Source of the DNA: Antedon mediterranea
Lineage: Eukaryota; Animalia; Echinodermata
NCBI RefSeq assembly: GCF_964355755.1
Contig: NC_092677.1
Span: 20,978,101 to 21,042,100 of the forward strand
Direction of reading: 5' to 3'
DNA length: 64,000 bases
Below are positions 29,730 through 39,100 of the stretch, in pieces. Positions within the stretch are counted from its first letter, which is position 1, and every line of letters starts with the position of its first letter. The position numbers and the translations under genes were made by a program. Below the pieces are notes generated by a model that saw only the letters and a list, made by a program, of their open reading frames with translations, ran no database searches and was not told where the DNA came from.

Positions 29730-30575
29730 TGTTGAACCCACAAATGTGAAAATGCCCACAAATGTGAAAACAACCACAAATGTGAAAACGCATCACCCAC
29801 AAATGTGAAAACAACCACAAATGTGAAAACGCATCACCCACAAATGTGAAAACAACCACAAATGTGAAAACGCATCAACCACAAATGTGAAAACAGCGCC
29901 CACAAATGTGAAAACGATCATCGCCCACAAATGTGATAACGCCCACAAATGTAAAAAAAAGAGAGACTTTTTCGCCCACAAATGTAAAAAAAATCAGATC
30001 AAATTTAATGCTAGATTCAGACAATATCATGATTGTATTGAGTTGTTTGTTCACGATACGTCTGTTAGGGTCGTCGTTAACACGTTGGATTATTATCATT
30101 TGCTGCTCGTGCGCGTGATATTTGCACGTTAACTCGTTTGTTTAATGAACGTAATAGTTCAAGACAATATTTGTTATTTGCTGCGCGCGTGCACCATACT
30201 TCAAGGTCAAGACCATGTTATATCATTGTTGCTTCTAGTGTGTGGTTGTTGGCTTACTATTATGTACGTATAGTTATAAGTCGATGTTCGTTATTTTTTT
30301 TGCGCGCGCACACGATACAACAAGGTCAAGGTTAAATTGCTACTTGTATGTAGTGTGTGGTTATTAACTCGTTGGCTTACTGTTATGTACGTATAGTTCC
30401 AAGTCGATGCTCGATTCGATGTTTTTGGGCGCGTACACGATACCTCAAGGTCAAGGTCATATCTATTGCTACTTGTGGTTGTTAACTCGTTGGCTTATTG
30501 TTATGTACGTATAGTTCCAAGTCGATGGTCGATTCGATGTTTTTTGTGCGCGTGCACGATACTACAAGGTCATAT
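29730..30575 (+). repeat. Left terminal inverted arm (~845 bp)
   Basis: Reverse complement of ~32250-33099 with substitutions and small indels. Mirror ORFs 29933+/32674- (MITPTNVKK...) and 30138+/32496- (MFNERNSSRQYLLFAA...) show the same symmetry. Inner boundary approximate. Confidence 0.9.
29737..29990 (+). repeat. Outer-domain minisatellite of left arm: 12 copies of core CCACAAATGT
   Basis: Cores near 29737, 29755, 29774, 29796, 29815, 29837, 29856, 29879, 29899, 29924, 29942 and 29975. A 41-bp (19+22) dimer occurs three times from 29755. Confidence 0.93.
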
Positions 30576-30675
30576 ATCATTGCTGCTTGAAGTGCAGTTG
30601 GGCTTACTATATTAGTATTATGTACGTATTATAGCTCCAAGTCGATGCTCGGTGTACACGATACTACAAGATCAA
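30180..30675 (+). repeat. Inner-domain imperfect tandem repeat, ~120 bp unit, about 4 copies plus a partial one
   Basis: tgtacgta anchors at 30263, 30386, 30504 and 30621 (spacing 123, 118, 117). Each unit has variants of cacgatac..caaggtca, ggctta.t and aagtcgatg. Confidence 0.85.
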
Positions 30676-32249
30676 TGCTATACTCGTCGTTCAGTTATTG
30701 CAGTAGTTCCTAATGTTCAATTTTTTTACAAAACTGTAACCACAAGATAATAATACAACAGCTAGAGCAAGAACAACTAATACAAGAATATTTCTTTATT
30801 TTAGAGCGATAAACAAATTGTAACATAGAATAATACCGTAACACCAATATCCAACCAAACATAATACACGATACGATAGTATCAAACTTGTCACGAACAT
30901 GTATTCTATAAAACATACTATGAAATCTATAACAATTATACTAATGGACAAAACTTCCTACTATACTACTATTTACATTCGTGATTTAATCTGATGCTTA
31001 TTGTTTAATCTGTAAATCTATTTTTAGCGGATAATTATAAAGATATACGGAGAATAATATTACCTATTGAATGCATTAAAATTTAACTTTAAGCGCGATG
31101 TTGAAAGGCTATACACACCTGCTCCAACTTAACTATCTCAATATTTGACACGGAGATTGGTAATAATATTAGTCCCATATTTATAAATAATAGATATAAC
31201 TTGCAAGTTATGTAGATAATAAATATTAAAAATTTTCCATTTCTTAAAATGATGAAGAATATACAATTAAGCAAAATAATACTAATTTATGATAATGATA
31301 GATTTGTACTTTTAAATATTTTTTTCAACACAAATATATTGAGCAATAGGCGGATTTACACACAAATAGTAGCTACTGTACCTTAATTTCTGTTTATTCC
31401 TATCCGATATAGTTTAATAATATGTATTTTTTTTGCAATCACATCCTCACCTTTCTGTAAACTTCCAACACAGTTTCGTGTTTACAGTTTCGTCGGTAAT
31501 CACTACAGTTTTAAAATTGATGTTAATTTATATTATTAAACACCATAATTTTACAGAAGTTTAGGTTTAGATTTAGGTTTAAACAAGAACTATTTCTTAC
31601 AAAAAACGCCGCCGTAAACAGATTTATTTATCAACTGGAAAATTATTACTTTATGTTAAACCACAAAAATACATACACAATTGATATAAATACCTTAGTT
31701 TGTCTATGTATTTTTTATAACAAAGGTAAAAGTGAACGAAAGGAAGACCAAGCAAGACCAGAGCTCGACCCAATTAGTCACCTAAATACATTAAAATAAA
31801 TTGGAATTTATTATGTGCCTTGTTATTTATATATACACACCACATACAGTATATCTTTAATTTTGTTAAATAATTTATTTAAATCTTTATGTTTATGTGT
31901 AATTAAAAGGTAGTTCTGATATAAATTAATTAAACACATAAAAGCATTGAATTGATAATGGTGTCAATTTCTATTTCAAGCATAAAACATCAAGGGGTGG
32001 AAATGTCGGGATGTCTTGCCTTAGACATCTTGCTGGGGAATCCCTACTGTGTGTGTACAGACATTAGATTATAGACAATAGAAATAATAATAATAATTTG
32101 TGGATTTTACAGCTTCTTCTTCTTTTAAATTTAATACTGCACACAATATAATAAAAAAAAACACAAACTACAACATTGTCATTATTGTCTACCAACAAAA
32201 TGTCTAATTTCACAGAACTTTCGTTATACATCATCCACCGACACTGTAT
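30676..32249. other. Unique AT-rich central spacer of the element, no recognisable coding capacity
   Basis: Not repeated elsewhere in the window. Only short (<75 aa) low-complexity ORFs with no DDE or other recognisable motif. Confidence 0.75.
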
Positions 32250-32640
32250 AACCTTGACCTTGTAGTATTGTGCACGCGCGCAAAACATCGAACTTCGACT
32301 TGAAACTATACGTACATATCAGTAAGCCAACGAGTTAACAACCACACACCACAAGTAGCAATGGTATACAAGTCATGACCTTTGTAGTATCGTGCACGCG
32401 CACAAAAAACATCGAATCGAACATCGACTTGAACTATACGTACATAACAGTAAGCCAACGAGTTAATAACCACATAACTACATACAAGTAGCAATTTAAC
32501 CTTGACCTTTTAGTATCGTGTGCACGCGCAAAAAAACATCGAACATCGACTTATAAACTATACGTACATAAATAATAGTAAGCCAACAACCGCACACTAG
32601 AAGCAACAATGATATAACATGGCCTTGACCTTGCGCAGCA
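32250..32640 (-). repeat. Inner-domain ~120-130 bp repeat of right arm, about 3 copies plus a partial one
   Basis: tacgtaca anchors at 32309, 32437 and 32561; tgacctt motifs near 32255, 32376, 32503 and 32626. Confidence 0.85.
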
Positions 32641-32839
32641 AATAACAAATATTGTCTTGAACTATTACGTTCATTAAACAAACGAGTTAACGTGCAAATA
32701 TCGCGCGCATGAGCAGCAAATTATAATAATCCAACGTGTTAACGACGACCCTAACAGACGTATCGTGAACAAACAACTCAATACAATCATGATATAATGT
32801 TTGTCTGAATCTAGCATTAAATTTGATCTGATTTTTTTT

Positions 32840-33092
32840 TTTACATTTGTGGCCGAAAAATTCTCATTTTTTTTTACATTTGTGGGCGTTATCACATTTG
32901 TGGGCGATGATCGTTTTCACATTTGTGGGCGCTGTTTATTACATTTGTGGTTGATGCGTTTTCACATTTGTGGTTGTTTTCACATTTGTGGGTGATGCGT
33001 TTTCACATTTGTGGTTGTTTTCACATTTGTGGGTGATGCGTTTTCACATTTGTGGTTGTTTTCACATTTGTGGGCGTTTTTACATTTGTGGG
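32840..33092 (-). repeat. Outer-domain minisatellite of right arm: 12 copies of ACATTTGTGG
   Basis: Cores near 32843, 32876, 32894, 32919, 32941, 32964, 32982, 33005, 33023, 33046, 33064 and 33082, with the same spacer order as the left arm in mirror image. Confidence 0.93.
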
Positions 33093-33099
33093 TTCAACA

Positions 33100-33104
33100 T
33101 ACCT
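33100..33104 (+). repeat. Right target-site duplication TACCT (alternative reading: 7-bp ATACCTT, 33099-33105)
   Basis: gggttcaaca|TACCTtcaaatcg. Confidence 0.9.
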
Positions 33105-36100
33105 TCAAATCGTATTTTGAGACGTTTTAGACAATTTTGTGATTTTCGAAAAAACTTGTTAACATAAAAACACCAAAGTGCTTAGAAAAGCTTCAAATCG
33201 CATTTGGAGACGTTTTAGACCATTTTGTGCATTTCGATGAAACTTGGTTACACAAAAACATCAAAGTGTACAGAATAGCTTCAAATCGCATTAGAAACCG
33301 TTTTAGACCATTTTGAGCATTTCGAAAAAACTTTTTCACACAAAACATCAAAGTGTACAAAATAGCTTCAAATCGCATTTGGAGACGTTTTAGACAATTT
33401 TGTGATTTTCGAAAAAACTTGTTTACATAAAAACACCAAAGTGCTCAGAATAGCTTCCAATCGCATTTGGAGACGTTTTAGACCCTTTTGTGCATTTCGA
33501 TGAAACTTGGTTACACAAAAACATCAAAGTGCTTAAAATCACAGTAGAAACGGTTTTAGACCATTTTGAGCATTTCGTTAAAATTTTTCACAGAAAAACA
33601 TCAAAGAGCAAAAAATAGCTTAATATCGTATTTAAAAACGTTTTAGACCATTTTGAGCATTTCGACAAAACTTTTTCACACAAAACATCAAAGTATACAG
33701 ATAAGCTTCAAATCGCATTTTGAGACGTTTTAAACCATTTTGAGCATTTCGATAAAATTTTACACACAAAAACATCAAAGTGCACAAAATAGCTTAATAT
33801 GGTATTTAAAAACGTTTTAGACCATTTTGAGCATTTCAACAAAACTTTTTCTCACAAAACATCAAAGTGTACAGAATAGCTTCAAATCGCATTTGGAGAC
33901 GTTTTAGACCATTTTGTGCATTTCGATGAAACTTGGTTACACAAAAACATCAAAGTGCTTAAAATCACATTTTGAGCATTTCGTTAAAACTTTTCACACA
34001 AAAACATCAAAGTCCACAAAATAGCTTAATATCGTATTTAAAAACGTTTTAGACCATTTTGAGCATTTTCGAAAAAACTTGTTAACATAAAAACACCAAA
34101 GTGCTCAGAATACCTTCAAATCGTGTTTTGAGACGTTTTAGACCGTTTTGTAATTTTCGAAAAAACTTGTTAACATAAAAACACCAAAGTGCTCAGAATA
34201 CCTTCACATCGCATTTTGAGACGTTTTAGACCATTTTGTGATTTTCGAAAAAACTTGTTAACATAAAAACACCAAAGTGCTTAGAAAAGCTTGAAATCGC
34301 ATTTGGAGACGTTTTAGACCATTTTGTGCATTTCGATGAAACTTGGTTAAAGTGCTTAAAATCACATTTTGAGCATTTCGTTAAAACTTTTCACACAAAA
34401 ACATCAAAGAGTAAAAAATAGCTTAATATCGTATTTAAAAACGTTTTAGACCATTTTGAGCATTTCGACAAAATTTTTTCACACAAAACATCAAAGTGTA
34501 CAGAATAGCTTTAAATCGCATTTGGAGACGTTTTAGACCATTTTGTTCATTTCGATGAAACAAAAACACAAAAACATCAAATTGCACAAAATGGCTTAAT
34601 ATGATATGGGAAAACGTTTTAGACCATTTTGAACATTTCGTTAAAAGTTTTCACAAAAAAACATCAAAGTCCACAAAATAGCTTAATATCGTATTTAAAA
34701 ACGTTTTAGACAATTTTGAGCATTTCGAAAAAACTTTTTCACACAAAACATCAAAGTTTACAAAATAGCTTCAAATCGCATTTGGAGACGTTTTAGACCA
34801 TTTTGTGATTTTCGAAAAAACTTGTTAACATAAAAACACCAAAGTGCTCAGAATACCTTCAAATCGCATTTTGAGACGTTTTAGACCATTTTGTGATTTT
34901 CGAAAAAACTTGTTAACATAAAAACACCAAAGTGCTCAGAATACCTTCAAATCGTGTTTTGAGACGTTTTAGACCATTTTGTGATTTTGGAAAAACTTGT
35001 TAACATAAAAACACCAAAGTGCTCAGAATACCTTCAAATCGCATTTGGAGACGTTTTAGACCATTTTGTGATTTTCGAAAAAACTTGTTAACATAAAAAC
35101 ACCAAAGTGCTCAGAAAAGCTTCAAATCGCAATTGGAGACGTTTTAAACCATTTTGTTCATTTCGATGAAACTTGGTTACACAAAAACATCAAATTGCAC
35201 AAAATGGCTTAATATGGTATGGGAAAACGTTTTAGACCATTTTGAACATTTCGAGAAAACTTTTTCACACAAAACTTCAAGGTGTACAGAATAGCTTCAA
35301 ATCGCATTAGAAACCGTTTTAGACCATTTTGAGCATTTCGAAAAAAACTTTTTCACACAAAACATCAAAGTTTACAAAATAGCTTCAAATCGCATTTGGA
35401 GACGTTTTAGACCATTTTGTGATTTTCGAAAAAACTTGTTAACATAAAAACACCAAAGTGCTCAGAATACCTTCAAATCGCATTTTGAGACGTTTTAGAC
35501 CATTTTGTGATTTTCGAAAAAACTTGTTAACATAAAAATACCAAAGTGCTCAGAATACCTTCAAATCGTGTTTTGAGACGTTTTAGACCATTTTGTGATT
35601 TTCGAAAAAACTTGTTAACATAAAAACACCAAAGTGCTCAGAATACCTTCAAATCGCATTTGGAGACGTTTTAGACCATTTTGTGATTTTCGAAAAAACT
35701 TGTTAACATAAAAACACCAAAGTGCTCAGAAAAGCTTCAAATCGCAATTGGAGACGTTTTAAACCATTTTGTTCATTTCGATGAAACTTGGTTACACAAA
35801 AACATCAAAGAGCACAAAAGTATTTAAAAACGTTTTAGACCATTTTGAGCATTCCGACAAAACTTTTTCACACAAAACATCAAAGTGTACAGAATAGCTT
35901 TAAATCGCATTTGGAGACGTTTTAGACCATTTTGTAGTTTTCGAAAAAACTTGTTAACATAAAAACACAAAAGAGCTTCAAATCGCATTTGGAGACGTTT
36001 TAGACCCTTTTGTGCATTTCGATGAAACTTGGTTACACAAAAACATCAAAGTGCTTAAAATCACATTAGAAACCGTTTTAGACCATTTTGAGCATTTCGT

Positions 36101-39100
36101 TAAAACTTTTCACACAAAAACATCAAAGTCCACAAAATAGCTTAATATCGTTTTCAAAAACGTTTTAGACCATTTTGAGCATTTCGAAAAAACTTTTTCA
36201 CACAAAACATCAAAGTTTACAAAATAGCTTCAAATCGCATTTGGAGACGTTTTAGACCATTTTGTGATTTTCGAAAAAACTTGTTAACATAAAAACACCA
36301 AAGTGCTCAGAATACCTTCAAATCGCATTTGGAGACGTTTTAGACCATTTTGTGATTTTCGAAAAAACTTGTTAACATAAAAACACCAAAGTGCTTAGAA
36401 AAGCTTCAAATCGCATTTGGAGACGTTTTAGACCATTTTGTGCATTTCGATGAAACTTGGTTACACAAAAACATCAAAGTGCTTAAAATCACATTTTGAG
36501 CATTTCGTTAAAACTTTTCACACAAAAACATCAAAGAGCAAAAAATAGCTTAATATCGTATTTAAAAACGTTTTAGACCATTTTGAGCATTTCGACAAAA
36601 CTTTTTCACACAAAACATCAAAGTGTACAAAATAGCTTCAAATCGCATTTGGAGACGTTTTAGACAATTTTGTGATTTTCGAAAAAACTTGTTTACATAA
36701 AAACACCAAAGTGCTAAGAATAGCTTCCAATCGCATTTGGAGACGTTTTAGACCCTTTTGTGCATTTCGATGAAACTTGGTTACACAAAAACATCAAAGT
36801 GCTTAAAATCACATTAGAAACCGTTTTAGAACATTTTGAGCATTTCGTTAAAATTTTTCACAGAAAAACATCAAAGAGCAAAAAATAGCTTAATATCGTA
36901 TTTAAAAACGTTTTAGACCATTTTGAGCATTTCGACAAAACTTTTTCACACAAAACAACAAAGTGTACAGAATAGCTTCAAATCGCATTTGGAGACGTTT
37001 TAACCCATTTTGAGCATTTCGATAAAATTTTACACACAAAAACATCAAAGTGCACAAAATAGCTTAATATGGTATTTAAAAACGTTTTAGACCATTTTGA
37101 GCATTTCAACAAAACTTTTTCTCACAAAACATCAAAGTGTACAGAATAGCTTCAAATCGCATTTGGAGACGTTTTAGACCATTTTGTGCATTTCGATGAA
37201 ACTTGGTTACACAAAAACATCAAAGTGCTTAAAATCACATTTTGAGCATTTCGTTAAAACTCTTCACACAAAAACATCAAAGTCCACAAAATAGCTTAAT
37301 ATCGTATTTAAAAACGTTTTAGACCATTTTGAGCATTTCGAAAAAACTTTTCCACACAAAACATCAAAGTTTACAAAATAGCTTCAAATCGCATTTGGAG
37401 ACGTTTTAGACCATTTTGTGATTTTCGAAAAAACTTGTTAACATAAAAACACCAAAGTGCTCAGAATACCTTCAAATCGCATTTGGAGACGTTTTAGACC
37501 CTTTTGTGCATTTCGATGAAACTTGGTTACACAAAAACATCAAAGTGCTTAAAATCACATTAGAAACCGTTTTAGACCATTTTGAGCATTTCGTTAAAAT
37601 TTTTCACAGAAAAACATCAAAGAGCAAAAAATAGCTTAATATCGTATTTAAAAACGTTTTAGACCATTTTGAGCATTTCGACAAAACTTTTTCACACAAA
37701 ACATCAAAGTGTACAGAATAGCTTCAAATCGCATTTGGAGACGTTTTAACCCATTTTGAGCATTTCGATAAAATTTTACACACAAAAACATCAAAGTGCA
37801 CAAAATAGCTTAATATGGTATTTAAAAACGTTTTAGACCATTTTGAGCATTTCAACAAAACTTTTTCTCGCAAAACATCAAAGTGTACAGAATAGCTTCA
37901 AATCGCATTTGGAGACGTTTTAGACCATTTTGTGCATTTCGATGAAACTTGGTTACACAAAAACATCAAAGTGCTTAAAATCACATTTTGAGCATTTCGT
38001 TAAAACTTTTCACACAAAAACATCAAAGTCCACAAAATAGCTTAATATCGTATTTAAAAACGTTTTAGACCATTTTGAGCATTTCGAAAAAACTTTTCCA
38101 CACAAAACATCAAAGTTTACAAAATAGCTTCAAATCGCATTTGGAGACGTTTTAGACCATTTTGTGATTTTCGAAAAAACTTGTTAACATAAAAACACCA
38201 AAGTGCTCAGAATACCTTCAAATCGTGTTTTGAGACGTTTTAGACCATTTTGTAATTTTCGAAAAAACTTGTTAACATAAAAACACCAAAGTGCTCAGAA
38301 TACCTTCACATCGCATTTTGAGACGTTTTAGACCATTTTGTGATTTTCGAAAAAACTTGTTAACATAAAAACACCAAAGTGCTTAGAAAAGCTTGAAATC
38401 GCATTTGGAGACGTTTTAGACCATTTTGTGCATTTCGATGAAACTTGGTTAAAGTGCTTAAAATCACATTTTGAGCATTTCGTTAAAACTTTTCACACAA
38501 AAACATCAAAGAGTAAAAAATAGCTTAATATCGTATTTAAAAACGTTTTAGACCATTTTGAGCATTTCGACAAAATTTTTTCACACAAAACATCAAAGTG
38601 TACAGAATAGCTTTAAATCGCATTTGGAGACGTTTTAGACCATTTTGTTCATTTCGATGAAACAAAAACACAAAAACATCAAATTGCACAAAATGGCTTA
38701 ATATGATATGGGAAAACGTTTTAGACCATTTTGAACATTTCGTTAAAAGTTTTCACAAAAAAACATCAAAGTCCACAAAATAGCTTAATATCGTATTTAA
38801 AAACGTTTTAGACCATTTTGAGCATTTCGAAAAAACTTTTTCACACAAAACATCAAAGTTTACAAAATAGCTTCAAATCGCATTTGGAGACGTTTTAGAC
38901 CATTTTGTGATTTTCGAAAAAACTTGTTAACATAAAAACACCAAAGTGCTCAGAATACCTTCAAATCGCATTTTGAGACGTTTTAGACCATTTTGTGATT
39001 TTCGAAAAAACTTGTTAACATAAAAACACCAAAGTGCTCAGAATACCTTCAAATCGTGTTTTGAGACGTTTTAGACCATTTTGTGATTTTGGAAAAACTT

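Larger units (their letters stand above)
29730..33099. mobile_element. Non-autonomous Foldback-like DNA transposon (3,370 bp) with long modular terminal inverted repeats
   Basis: Starts TGTTGAACCCACAAATGT at 29730 and ends ACATTTGTGGGTTCAACA at 33099 (exact reverse complements over 18 bp). Arms mirror for ~850 bp. Flanked by duplicated TACCT; removing the element plus one copy restores the monomer agaataccttcaaatcg. No transposase-sized ORF. Confidence 0.93.
32250..33099 (-). repeat. Right terminal inverted arm (~850 bp)
   Basis: Mirror of the left arm, e.g. ctgaatctagcattaaatttgatctgattttt (~32805-32835) versus aaatcagatcaaatttaatgctagattcag (29991-30020). Inner boundary approximate. Confidence 0.9.

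Noticed and set aside
29737-29990. CRISPR-like repeat/spacer appearance
   Set aside because: The repeat core is only 10-15 bp, spacers are short and themselves repeated, the array is mirrored in the opposite arm, and there are no cas genes.
30732-30812. Short + strand frame NCNHKIIIQQLEQEQLIQEYFFILER, possibly a helical transposase fragment
   Set aside because: Only ~26 codons, ends in a stop and has no recognisable continuation; it would need TBLASTN support.
31559-31580. Telomere-like TTTAGG/TTAGG run
   Set aside because: Only about three imperfect copies in AT-rich DNA; too short to call an interstitial telomeric repeat.
32035-32044. GGGGAATCCC, matching the NF-kB consensus
   Set aside because: A single 10-mer with no supporting context; not distinguishable from chance.
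32010-32050. Possible Helitron 3' end (hairpin near the end of the spacer)
   Set aside because: The stem is only 7 bp and not GC-rich, no CTRR terminus follows at the expected distance, and no matching 5' end was identified.
32281-32545. Similarity of inner-repeat cacaaaaaacatc to satellite cacaaaaacatc, suggesting the satellite derives from the element
   Set aside because: The match is ~12 bp of A/C-rich low-complexity sequence and does not extend on either side.
29730-33099. LTR retrotransposon or solo LTR (TG...CA ends, 5-bp TSD)
   Set aside because: The terminal repeats are long and inverted, not direct. No PBS/PPT or gag-pol remnants are visible.
29793-33167. Short Cys/His-containing ORFs in the element arms (FHICG, AHKC repeats) resembling zinc fingers
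   Set aside because: They are translations of the CCACAAATGT minisatellite, open in several frames on both strands, with no valid zinc-finger spacing or catalytic domain.
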